A stretch of 64,000 bases of DNA from Bacteroidota bacterium (GTDB lineage Bacteria; CLD3; SB21). Made by a program: the position numbers and the translations under genes. The stretch spans positions 4,336 to 68,335 of the forward strand of contig JBBIJR010000002.1 of NCBI GenBank assembly GCA_037445875.1, in the 5' to 3' direction. Below the pieces are notes generated by a model that made no database searches, had not been told where the DNA came from, and was given only the letters and a program-made list of their open reading frames with translations. Positions 48,685 to 58,078 of this stretch are shown one piece after another. Numbering within the stretch: position 1 is the first letter of the stretch; each line of letters starts with the position of its first letter.

Positions 48685-50082
48685 ATGACGACGTTAACCC
48701 ACAAGCACGCTTTTTCTGAAATCCTCGACCCCACGCGCGTGCTCGATGATCCTTCCAGTCTGCACGAATACGGCCGGGACCGCACACGCGTGCATGCATC
48801 CGCACCTTCGCTCGTGTTGTTCCCGAAGACGACGGAGGAAGTCGTACGCGTCGTGGAGTACTGCGCGCGGGAGCGCCTGCCGATCGTGCCGTCGGGCGGG
48901 CGCACAGGCTACGCGGGCGCCGCGGTGGCCGCACACGGTGAGGTGGTCGTGAGCATGGGTAAAATGGACCGCATACTCGGAATCGACCTCGAGTCCGGGT
49001 GCGTCGAGGTGGAGGCGGGCGCCATCCTCGAAAACGTCCAGCGCGCGGTGGCGGAGGCCGGCCTGTACTTCCCGCTCGACTTTGCCGCCCGCGGCAGCGC
49101 CCAGATCGGCGGCTGCATCGCCACCAATGCCGGCGGGCTGAAGGTGATCAAGTACGGCATGACCCGCGAACTCGTCCTCGGCCTCGAAGCCGTCTGCGGA
49201 AGCGGACAGGTCCTCCGTCTCAATACCAGCCTGCACAAGAACAATTCGGGCTACGATCTGAAGCAGTTCCTGATCGGCGCGGAAGGCACGCTCGGGATCG
49301 TCACCCGCGCCACGATGAAAATCGTTCCTAAGCCGAAACGGCTCAACGTCGCGCTGATCGCGCTGGGCCGGCTGGCGGATGCGCCGCCCGTACTGAAAGA
49401 GGCGCGGCTTCGATCGCTGGACCTCACCGCGGCGGAGTTCTTCACCGGCGCCTGCCTCGAAGCGGTCATGGCCCACCTGCCGCAGACGCGCCCGCCGTTC
49501 CCGACCCGCTATCCGTGCTACCTCCTGATCGAGATCGACGAGGGTGAACACGAGGAGCAATTGGCGGCGTTGCTGGAACATGTTTCGGGCATGGTAGGCC
49601 TGGAGGACGCGACCGTGGCGACGGGTGCGCAGAGTTTCCGCGAGCTGTGGGCCCTGCGCGAGAACATTTCCGAGAGCATCGGCACGCTCGGCCTCGTGCA
49701 CAAGAACGACATCGCCGTACCGCTGTCGTTGATGCCGGCGTTCGTCGGCGCGCTCGAATCGCTGGTCCGCGAACGCTATGGCGGCCTCGACGTGCTGCTC
49801 TTCGGCCACATCGGCGACGGGAACGTCCACGTCAACGCCATCGACCGGACGTCGAAGGATGCGGCGGGTTTTGAGGCGCGGATGGAGGAACTCGACACCG
49901 CCCTGTGCGAGTTGACCCGGTCGTACAACGGCAGCATCAGCGCGGAACACGGCATCGGCCTGCTCAAGAAACGGCTCCTGCATCTCCAGCGCGATTCTGT
50001 GCAGATCGAGCTGATGAGAACCATCAAACGCACATTCGACCCGGCGAAAATTTTCAATCCGGGGAAGATTGTGGATTGGTAG
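48685..50082 (+). CDS. FAD-binding oxidoreductase (GlcD/D-lactate dehydrogenase-like, FAD_binding_4 + FAD-oxidase_C)
   Basis: PSGGRTGYAGAAV, GGCIATNAGG; 465 aa. Confidence 0.85.
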   Translation: MTTLTHKHAFSEILDPTRVLDDPSSLHEYGRDRTRVHASAPSLVLFPKTTEEVVRVVEYCARERLPIVPSGGRTGYAGAAVAAHGEVVVSMGKMDRILGIDLESGCVEVEAGAILENVQRAVAEAGLYFPLDFAARGSAQIGGCIATNAGGLKVIKYGMTRELVLGLEAVCGSGQVLRLNTSLHKNNSGYDLKQFLIGAEGTLGIVTRATMKIVPKPKRLNVALIALGRLADAPPVLKEARLRSLDLTAAEFFTGACLEAVMAHLPQTRPPFPTRYPCYLLIEIDEGEHEEQLAALLEHVSGMVGLEDATVATGAQSFRELWALRENISESIGTLGLVHKNDIAVPLSLMPAFVGALESLVRERYGGLDVLLFGHIGDGNVHVNAIDRTSKDAAGFEARMEELDTALCELTRSYNGSISAEHGIGLLKKRLLHLQRDSVQIELMRTIKRTFDPAKIFNPGKIVDW

Positions 50083-50588
50083 CTGCCTTTTGACCGGGTG
50101 TACTCTCCAAGCAGGTCGGAGCGTTCGCTATTCCCGGCTTCTTCTTGTGGGGAGAATGACGCTAATCGATCCGATCCCCTTTCTTCTGGCGCCCCGACGC
50201 TTGCGGTCGGGGCAGGCTCCAGAAAGGGGACAAAGTGCTCCTGAGGCGCATCAGCCCCCGGCTGAAAAACAGCGGCTGTGGAAAAAATCCCGACGCGAGT
50301 CGGGACGAACTCTGGTTCTTGATCGGCGTGGAGGTGCACGCCATCCCGGGGTGGACTCAGTTCCTTGCTTTCATCGTGCGGACATACTTTGTCGGAAAAG
50401 TGTGGCTGAGAATCCTTGATGTGTCCAATGACGGCGTTCGGAAGCGTCCGGGCACGGCTGGTTCGCAATGCTGATTTCGACCATCATGAGAAAATTCATC
50501 GAGTTCTGCTGATAAGGCGCCACAAATGCTCCACCGCTTTTCGCATACTCGATTGGGAGACTAACCTTCTAACACGATCACCCACCGA

Positions 50589-51234
50589 ATGAGGCCGACC
50601 ATGACCCGCCTGTTGTTGTCCACAATGATGTTTATCACACTCACGCGAAATTTGTACTCGCAAACCGATTCGATATCGCTGGAGGGAAAAACGGCTTTAA
50701 TGTTTCAGCTGGAACGGGACTTCGACTTCACATCTTTCGAGGGTGGATTGATTACCATGAAGAAGCAGCTAACCGAGAAAAGCCTGGCGGCTGGGCATCG
50801 GTCTCAGCGGCTACCATGCGGAGGGAGAGATCGTGGTGCCTCAGGATACCGCAATGCCCATCCAGGACTCCGATGAGTCATCCTTTAGCGGAAGTGTCTC
50901 GTTCTCGTTTCAGTTCTTTCCGTACAGCAAGGACCGGATCCGTTTCTATTACGGGTATGGTGTGCGTGTGGCGTACGATCATCGCTGGAGTAGCGACGGC
51001 GATCTATTGTCAGACTATCTTGACAGGATCACATTGGGACCGGTCGCGTACGTCGGAGTGGAATGGTCTGTGAAAGATCAAATCGGCATTTCCGGCGAGT
51101 ATGGCTCGCAGTTGTACTATTCCTATTCCTTCGTGAAGTTCGCCGGCGAACTGATTGGCGATTACAAGATCGATACCCATACGGCTGGATTCAGACAAGA
51201 CAACGTGCGATTGGGCATCTCGGTCTACTTCTGA
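50589..51234 (+). pseudogene. Outer-membrane beta-barrel protein gene interrupted by a +1 frameshift (pseudogene or homopolymer assembly error)
   Basis: Frame-0 ORF (signal peptide, 50589-50876) and frame-1 ORF (…barrel strands ending GISVYF, to 51234) overlap in 50773-50876; the aaaa run at ~50778 is a likely slip site. Confidence 0.55.
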
Positions 51235-51326
51235 GCCTGCCGTCCCTCCGTCGCCAGATTCACCGGTGTAGTGACACTTTCGTGTTGCTTGTAACTTATG
51301 AATACACAGAGAGTTATTGGCTATCC

Positions 51327-51474
51327 GCAAATTATCGATGCTATAACATGTAAGATTTGCAGATACCATGGTTGCTATCTAAATGCAGAACCGAGATTGT
51401 GCAAACAAATTACATGAAAACAAATCCTTGCATTTGAATTGCAAATTATCTATGCTATAACATGAATAATTTGC
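51327..51474. promoter_or_regulatory. AT-rich promoter region upstream of AAA ATPase with two 34-nt direct repeats that are each internally palindromic
   Basis: gcaaattatcgatgctataacatgtaagatttgc (51327-51360) and gcaaattatctatgctataacatgaataatttgc (51441-51474); tgcaaat/atttgca arms. Confidence 0.5.
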
Positions 51475-51487
51475 ACAATCCATATAA

Positions 51488-52924
51488 ATGACAGATTTAC
51501 AAACAATTCTGAGACCTTACAATCCGTGGTGGTCTGATAATCCAGAGAATCTGGCAAATCTCCCTCCGTTTCATCGCCCTATTTTCCATCAGCTTTGCGA
51601 AGAACTGCAGACGGTGCCTCAAATCCTCTCGATCACCGGTCCCCGACGGATCGGGAAGAGCACGCTACTTTACCAGATAGTCAAGAAGTTCCTCGCACAG
51701 AGTCTCAGGCCGGACCATCTGATCTACTATTCATTTGACGATCCTGCCCTCATCGCCCGCCACATCAAGGTGGACGAGCTTTTCGACCACATCATGAAAC
51801 TTGTTGTCAGGCAAAGGGAGTCAGGGCCGACCTATCTGTTCCTTGATGAGATACAGCGATGGGAACGTTGGGAGTTGTACCTGAAGAAATACTACGATCT
51901 CAGATACCCGTTTAAAGCAGTCATCTCGGGCTCAGCTTCGTCCCCTATTTTCAAGAAGAGCAGGGAAAGCCTGCTGGGACGAGTCAAAGACTTCCACTTG
52001 TTGCCCTTTTCATTTCGTGAGTTCGTGCTCTATTCGCTGCACGACACCACGGACCTGCTGCAGGAAGTCAATGCACTATACTCGCTGGGAAAGACGACGC
52101 AGGGAATGTTCGCCGAGGATCCTCTCGTCGAACTACAGACGGTAACACTCAGATTGCCCGATGAACGACTACAGACCGAACTTGACCGGCTTCTCAGGCT
52201 GTATCTACTTGAAGGAGGGTTTCCCGAAGTTTGGGCGCTCCCCACCTGGGTCCACAAACAGGAGTACCTGTATGACAACCAGGTAAAGAAAGTGATTTAC
52301 GAGGACTTGATCCTTGCGGCAGAATTTCGAAAACCGGAACTTCTGAAACGCTTCTATATTTCGCTGCTGGAAATACCGGGACGAGAGATCAGTGTGCAAA
52401 CCGTCGTCAAGGAAACCGAGGTCGCCGCTTCCCAGATCGAAAAATACCTCCCCCTGCTCGAAATGACGGATCTTGTTTATCGGATATCCAAATTTCGCAC
52501 GAAACCTCTGCGTCTGCGCAAGGGATTAATGAAGTTCTACCTTGTGGATCTCGCACTGCGCAATGCGGTCTTACGATTGAATGAGACGTTGCTGTCGGAT
52601 GACACGACCCTCGGTCTTTACGCGGAGAATCTCGTCTTCCTTGCTCTCAGGAAATGGAGAGGAACGATTCAACTGGACTACTACCGCGAACGTCATTCCG
52701 AGGTGGATTTCATCGTTCACTGCGGGCCGCAACGATTTCTTCCCGTTGAAGTGAAGTATCGGAACGAGATCAAAGCTGGTGACCTTGCCGGCGTGCAGAG
52801 ATTCTGCAACAGGTTCCCTCCGTCGCCTCAGGCAATCCTTGTGACCAAGCGATGGGCCGACTTTGGCAGAAAGGAGGGCGCATTTCTGCTCCCTTTACCG
52901 ATGTTTCTCCTGCTTTTTGACTGA
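51488..52924 (+). CDS. AAA-family ATPase with C-terminal DUF4143 domain
   Basis: Walker A ITGPRRIGKSTLLYQ, Walker B YLFLDEIQ; lower GC than the surroundings. Confidence 0.85.
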   Translation: MTDLQTILRPYNPWWSDNPENLANLPPFHRPIFHQLCEELQTVPQILSITGPRRIGKSTLLYQIVKKFLAQSLRPDHLIYYSFDDPALIARHIKVDELFDHIMKLVVRQRESGPTYLFLDEIQRWERWELYLKKYYDLRYPFKAVISGSASSPIFKKSRESLLGRVKDFHLLPFSFREFVLYSLHDTTDLLQEVNALYSLGKTTQGMFAEDPLVELQTVTLRLPDERLQTELDRLLRLYLLEGGFPEVWALPTWVHKQEYLYDNQVKKVIYEDLILAAEFRKPELLKRFYISLLEIPGREISVQTVVKETEVAASQIEKYLPLLEMTDLVYRISKFRTKPLRLRKGLMKFYLVDLALRNAVLRLNETLLSDDTTLGLYAENLVFLALRKWRGTIQLDYYRERHSEVDFIVHCGPQRFLPVEVKYRNEIKAGDLAGVQRFCNRFPPSPQAILVTKRWADFGRKEGAFLLPLPMFLLLFD

Positions 52925-52954
52925 AAGCGCATCCCAATCGAAAGGACCCATCCC

Positions 52955-53485
52955 ATGTTTCGCCTTTGCTTGCTGTTCCTGCTCATCCCACCGCTGCTCA
53001 ACGGACAGACCGCCTCGAAACCGGACCCTTGGAGTCGGATGAAATTCCTTGAGGGCAAGTGGGAAGGGACCGGATCGGGCGAGCCGGGGGTGTCGACCGT
53101 GGAGCGGGAATACCGCTTCGTCCTCGGCGGCAAGTTTCTCTTCGTCCAGAGCAAGTCAACCTACGCACCGCAGGAAAAGAACCCCAGAGGGGAAGTGCAC
53201 GAGGAATGGGGGCTGTTCAGCTTTGACCGCCGCAGGAAGTCATTCGTGCTGCGGCAGTTCCACGTGGAAGGGTTTGTGAACCAATTCGTTCTCGATTCGA
53301 CATTTTCCGACAGCACGACTCTCGTTTTCGTCACCGAGTCCATCGAAAATATCGCGCCGGACTGGAAGGCCAGGGAGACTTACCGAATGTTAGGCGAGGA
53401 TGAATTCATCGAAATCTTCGAACTCACCCCGCCGGGGAAGGAGTTTGCCGTTTATTCGGAGAACCGCTTGAAGCGAAAACAATAA
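52955..53485 (+). CDS. Hypothetical secreted protein (lipocalin-like?)
   Basis: Signal peptide MFRLCLLFLLIPPLLNGQ; 176 aa. Confidence 0.5.
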   Translation: MFRLCLLFLLIPPLLNGQTASKPDPWSRMKFLEGKWEGTGSGEPGVSTVEREYRFVLGGKFLFVQSKSTYAPQEKNPRGEVHEEWGLFSFDRRRKSFVLRQFHVEGFVNQFVLDSTFSDSTTLVFVTESIENIAPDWKARETYRMLGEDEFIEIFELTPPGKEFAVYSENRLKRKQ

Positions 53486-53528
53486 TAACAGCAGGCTTTT
53501 CGACTCGGTCTCCGGCCGCGATTCCGCC

Positions 53529-54785
53529 TTATCCTCTGGCCAGCATTCCTGCGATCCGCGCGGTGAGATGTTTCCTTACCGATGAACTCGTAACGCTCGA
53601 TTCTATGAAGCCCAGCGTATGCTCCAACACGTTCCGGCTGATGTCGTTTCTGTTCAGCATCGCGGTGAGGGCCTCTTCCTGTCCCGATGAGGATTCGACG
53701 TGCGCCGCGGTCTCCACATACCTGAGCCACACGGCGTCCTCGGACGACGGGCAGGCGGATGCAAACACAACCAGCACATCGGTCTGAGCGGAACTCGACC
53801 CGATTTCCCGCACGGCATCGAGGATCTCCATCCAGGACGAACGCTCCAGCGTCCTGATTTCCATGAGCGCCAACAGCGCCCTTTTCTGCCCGGAGGAGGA
53901 TTCAACGCCTCGTACGGCCTTGACGTAGGCCAAAACGACGGCCGGGGTCATGGCCACGTTGTGTGTCATGCGGACGAGCGACTCGACCTGCCGGGAACTC
54001 GATTCGATCGACTGGATCGTGCGCGTCATGGCAAGAGCCGACGCTTCGTCGATCCGCCGTCTTCCGATGATGTCGGCCAGCGCCTCAGCCTGCCGGGAAC
54101 TCGAGGCGATCTTGTTTACCGCTTCGATGAGTTCCCGTGTGTAGAGCGAGTCCTCCGGGAAACGTGCGGCCAGGTCGGACAGGGTTTCCTGAAGTCTCGA
54201 ACTGCTGCCGATCTCTTCGCCGGAGACCCGTACCAGGCGGCGCAGCTGGTCGGACGATAACCCGGGGAGTTCCGAAATAACCTCCACGTAGACTCTTCGG
54301 GCCCGGTCGCTTTCCGTCCTGCGGACGGCCCTCAGGGCGCTGTCGAAGCCTTCTTTTTCTAGAATCCTCCTCACGCGGGCAGCGGCTCCGAGGGCTGTCT
54401 TCCGTACCACCACCGGCAGCACTCGGGCGAGCCATTGCTGGGCATCGTCCTCCCACGCGGCCGCTCTTCCCTGCAAGTGGAACTCATAGGTCAGTGTACT
54501 GTCCAACCCGGACCGGACGGTCAGCGAGCGGAAGGTGAGCCAGTTGCGTTCCTCGATGGTCACAAACCCGCCGGCTGCGATCCTGACAATGGATGCATCA
54601 TCGGCGGAGATCTCCACTTCGCCGCTGCTGGCGACCTCGAGGCTGTACAGGATGGAGTTGTGGCCATATCGGACCTCGTTTCGGTCCTCGTCGTCGTCCC
54701 AGACGAAATGCTGCGGCTTTGTGTCGGCCGGAGTCAGAAGCATCCACAATGCCGCTGCCAGCCACGCGTATACGATCGTCGCCAT
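53529..54785 (-). CDS. Membrane-anchored protein with seven ~36-aa repeats (I/VxSSSxQxExL motif)
   Basis: Start at MATIVYAWLAAALWMLL (TM); repeats KIASSSRQAEAL, SIESSSRQVESL, GVESSSGQKRAL, EIGSSSAQTDVL, HVESSSGQEEAL, etc. Confidence 0.6.
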   Translation of the reverse strand: MATIVYAWLAAALWMLLTPADTKPQHFVWDDDEDRNEVRYGHNSILYSLEVASSGEVEISADDASIVRIAAGGFVTIEERNWLTFRSLTVRSGLDSTLTYEFHLQGRAAAWEDDAQQWLARVLPVVVRKTALGAAARVRRILEKEGFDSALRAVRRTESDRARRVYVEVISELPGLSSDQLRRLVRVSGEEIGSSSRLQETLSDLAARFPEDSLYTRELIEAVNKIASSSRQAEALADIIGRRRIDEASALAMTRTIQSIESSSRQVESLVRMTHNVAMTPAVVLAYVKAVRGVESSSGQKRALLALMEIRTLERSSWMEILDAVREIGSSSAQTDVLVVFASACPSSEDAVWLRYVETAAHVESSSGQEEALTAMLNRNDISRNVLEHTLGFIESSVTSSSVRKHLTARIAGMLARG

Positions 54786-54796
54786 GAAACTCTCCC

Positions 54797-55135
54797 TCAG
54801 TTCTTGTTCTTCTCTTCGTAGTTCTTTGCCATGTAGTAATACGCAATGAAGGCGATGCCGGCGAAGAGCATCATCAGGCCGACCGATGCCGGTCCCTCGA
54901 GTGCGACCGGAAAGAGATTGACCAGGAAGAGGGCCAGACCGACGGCGATCAGGACCATGCCCCATTTGAGGGCAGACAGGTACGGCACGGTCTGGCTGAA
55001 GATCTGGCGCGACTTCTCGTCGACCAGACCCTTGTCGATCATCTTCTGCCGTGTCCGGTTGTCCGTGATGACCTTGATGGCCGCCACGATGGCAAAGAAC
55101 ATGGCGATGGGAATCAGGAACTCGAAGTGGTCCAT
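54797..55135 (-). CDS. Hypothetical small membrane protein (2-3 TM)
   Basis: 112 aa, hydrophobic segments; immediately upstream of the repeat protein, divergent from the ECF sigma factor. Confidence 0.55.
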   Translation of the reverse strand: MDHFEFLIPIAMFFAIVAAIKVITDNRTRQKMIDKGLVDEKSRQIFSQTVPYLSALKWGMVLIAVGLALFLVNLFPVALEGPASVGLMMLFAGIAFIAYYYMAKNYEEKNKN

Positions 55136-55278
55136 ACGGTAACTCCCTTATTTTGCTTGTCTGTGACCGGTTTTGTGGCTTTCTTTAACCAATAGACCGG
55201 CCACGCCTCGGATTGTTGCAGGCCGGTGCGGTGCAACTTTCCGGCGGCGTCCCTGTCTAATGACTCTGTAAGGAGGAC

Positions 55279-55866
55279 ATGGACAACGACCGAACACAGA
55301 TCCAGCGCATCCTCGGCGGCGATCAGCGTGCGTTTGAGGCGCTCATCAATGACCACCGGAAGCTCGTGTTCCACGTCGTTGCCCGGATCATCCCCAACCG
55401 GTCGGACAGGGAAGAAATCTGTCAGGACGTGTTCGTGAAAGTCTATCAGAATCTGTCGAAGTTCCAGTTCGAATCGAAGTTATCGACGTGGATCGCCCGT
55501 ATTGCTTACAACACGAGTCTCAGCTATCTGGAGAAGAAGCGCCTGATGTTGTACGAGGACCTGAAAACGGAGGAAGACGACGCGGAGTATCCCATGGCGG
55601 CCGACGCATGGCACGAGGAGGAGGGCGTGGATGAAAAACTGATGGAGCGGGAAATCCGGGGCGTTCTGGAAACCGAGATAACCCGGCTGCCGGTACACTA
55701 CCGCACGGTGCTCACGTTGTATCACGTCGACGAACTCAGCTATGAAGAGATCGGGTCGGTGATGAACATGCCACAGGGTACCGTGAAGAGCTATCTGTTT
55801 CGGGCCAGGCGGATGTTGAAGGAGAGCCTTCTGACGCAATATCGGGAGGAGGAATTGCGCGTATGA
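55279..55866 (+). CDS. ECF RNA polymerase sigma factor
   Basis: Region 2 EEICQDVFVKVYQN, region 4 LSYEEIGSVMNMPQGTVKSYLFRARRMLKE. Confidence 0.9.
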   Translation: MDNDRTQIQRILGGDQRAFEALINDHRKLVFHVVARIIPNRSDREEICQDVFVKVYQNLSKFQFESKLSTWIARIAYNTSLSYLEKKRLMLYEDLKTEEDDAEYPMAADAWHEEEGVDEKLMEREIRGVLETEITRLPVHYRTVLTLYHVDELSYEEIGSVMNMPQGTVKSYLFRARRMLKESLLTQYREEELRV

Positions 55867-56339
55867 AACATGGTACGGACAAACAACTGCAAGCCCTGGC
55901 GGCCGGTGAGCTTCTCGATGACCGGAAGGAACTCGAGTCCCACTTGGCCGTCTGTTCCGCGTGCCGCCATCAGCTCCATGTCTACCGTCAACTGATGTCC
56001 GTCCTGGCCGAGGCGCCGGCCGAGGAACTCTCCCCGAATTTTGCGTCTTCGGTCATCGGACGGATCGAAGAATCGGGCAGCCGCGCGATGAACTACCTCG
56101 AGTGGGGCCTCGCGTCGATCATCGTACTCATCGGCGTGCCCATGGTGTTTGCGTACATCGACCGGGAAGGGCTGACCACACTGGCGCGGGATTCCTGGCT
56201 GGTACTGGCGGACGTGTTCCGATCGGTGGCTTCGGTGTCGTCGTTTCCCGTCGATACGAATCTCTCGCTCATCGCCGCCGCGGCGCTGGCCGTGGGTCTT
56301 TATCATCTTGCGGTTCGGCTTGCTTTCCGTCCGAGGTGA
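55863..56339 (+). CDS. Anti-sigma factor (zf-HC2-like, single TM)
   Basis: 4-bp overlap with the sigma gene; HLAVCSACRHQLH zinc-finger motif; C-terminal TM helices. Confidence 0.75.
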   Translation: MKHGTDKQLQALAAGELLDDRKELESHLAVCSACRHQLHVYRQLMSVLAEAPAEELSPNFASSVIGRIEESGSRAMNYLEWGLASIIVLIGVPMVFAYIDREGLTTLARDSWLVLADVFRSVASVSSFPVDTNLSLIAAAALAVGLYHLAVRLAFRPR

Positions 56340-56402
56340 TGACCTTTCACGTACGGGCACGCTGCCTGTTGCCGAGACGGCAGCCCCACACGCCTGAACC
56401 GA

Positions 56403-56906
56403 ATGCGTTTCAGTTTCGTTGCTTCCGTCGCGCTTGTCGTTTGCAGCTGTTCGGCGTCGGAACGGACGTCGCTTCCGGCCCGCGGTTCCGCGCGCATTAC
56501 GCTCAAGAAGTACTCGCGTCAGATGGAGACCGGCCGCTTCAGTTTGACCGTGACGTACGTCGGAGTCAACGATTCCGCCCTTACCTTCGACATTAACGCG
56601 CGCAATGTCTCCGACCGGCCGTTGGTGCTGGACTGCGACAACGCGCAACTTTCGGTGAACGGATGCGACGTGCAATTCGAGGCGAGGATTCGGAACGCCG
56701 CTTCCATGCGGCTTCGGGTTCCGGCCGGAGACAGTCTCGGCTGCTGGCTGCAGTTTAGTCCCGTCCGCGATGAGGCCATGCCGTGTTTCCTGACGGGAGG
56801 GGTCATCGTCATGAAGGGCCTGTCGGTGTGGATCGATGGGCAGCGCACGGACTTCGGGGCCTTCCGATTTCAGCCCATCACGCTTCGACTGGATACGATA
56901 CCTTGA
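56403..56906 (+). CDS. Hypothetical secreted/lipoprotein
   Basis: Signal peptide MRFSFVASVALVVCSCS. Confidence 0.5.
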   Translation: MRFSFVASVALVVCSCSASERTSLPARGSARITLKKYSRQMETGRFSLTVTYVGVNDSALTFDINARNVSDRPLVLDCDNAQLSVNGCDVQFEARIRNAASMRLRVPAGDSLGCWLQFSPVRDEAMPCFLTGGVIVMKGLSVWIDGQRTDFGAFRFQPITLRLDTIP

Positions 56907-57460
56907 ACACAGCCCCGCCTTTTTGTTAGCTCACCTGGTAACGCACGCCCTCCTTTACCCGACCCTATTGAAGAAAACAAGAATAAGCTCTCCGGAATTA
57001 ACAACTGTTTCTGCTGGTTAAGTTGTATGTTTTCCAAAACTTGAAAGACCCTGCATTCTCCCAGATCATCGACAAACAAAGTTGGTCGATGTATCTTCCA
57101 ATGGGTAGTCTCCCACATCTGACTCGGTCTTTCACCTGCCGGCACCTCCTGCGGCCACTGCGCCATACCCCATCAGTCTTGAAGAACGTCCGCTGCCATG
57201 GTTGACTGAATGGTTCCACTGCCCGTCGAACTATTTGGAATGGTAAACGGAGGCCCAAAGTGCCGCTGGGTCCCGTCCTGCCTGGCTGCCTACTCCACGC
57301 AGTCGCGATTCATTCTCGCCCTGACCATCGCCACGACACTGAGTCTATGGCCCCCTGACGCCGGCCTTGTGGCGTCTGTGCTGGTGCTGGCTATCGGCGG
57401 TTTCGCTCAAGCCATGTTGGGGATTTGACAGTGATTTCCATATAACCGGAGGAGAAGCCC

Positions 57461-58009
57461 ATGAGATCTTGCGTAACGTTGATTGTCACGTGTTTCTGCT
57501 GTTTCGCTGCCTGCACCTCAACGCGGACATCCTCTCTTCGGGATGCCGGACTTCCATTGAAGGACGTGGCGAGCGTCGAATTGCTTGATGGCCACCTCAT
57601 CGAATTCAGCTACGGCAAGTCCGCGATGTTGGAGGTCATCGGACCGAACGGTAAAATGGAACCGTACGCCGTTCGGCTCAAGGACGTTGCAAACGCCAGG
57701 ACGACGGAAGGCAAGGACCTGTCGGCATCAGAGTTGAAATACGAAGACGCAGCGATTCGCGAGGTCTCACTCAGGAACGGCAAGAAGTTCACGTTCGCAG
57801 GCGAGGGCGGGCGCTACGTTGCGTCCGTCGAAGTGATCGGGGACCGGATGTACAAGACCGTCTTTCTTGCGGTGCCGATCGGCTCCGTAAGACAAGTCCA
57901 CATGCGGGAACTAGACGCCGGCAAGTCGTCGCTTGGTGCCCTGGGGCCTCTGGTGTTTCTCGGAGGAATTCTGTTCTGGATGTTCGCGGAAGCGATGTCC
58001 CACGTGTGA
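57461..58009 (+). CDS. Hypothetical lipoprotein
   Basis: Signal peptide with lipobox FAAC; C-terminal TM. Confidence 0.5.
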   Translation: MRSCVTLIVTCFCCFAACTSTRTSSLRDAGLPLKDVASVELLDGHLIEFSYGKSAMLEVIGPNGKMEPYAVRLKDVANARTTEGKDLSASELKYEDAAIREVSLRNGKKFTFAGEGGRYVASVEVIGDRMYKTVFLAVPIGSVRQVHMRELDAGKSSLGALGPLVFLGGILFWMFAEAMSHV

Positions 58010-58078
58010 GGAGCGGCCGCACTCGCCGAGGCAGCAAGGGCCTTGCTGAAGGTTAAGAACAGCAAAGGGAGGTTGAAC

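Noticed and set aside
57210-57428. 72-aa hydrophobic small ORF (MVPLPVELFGMVNGGPK…LAIGGFAQAMLGI) in the 550-bp gap before the lipoprotein gene
   Set aside because: Could be a real small membrane protein, but there is no RBS/start support and it is short in a GC-rich background; not called.
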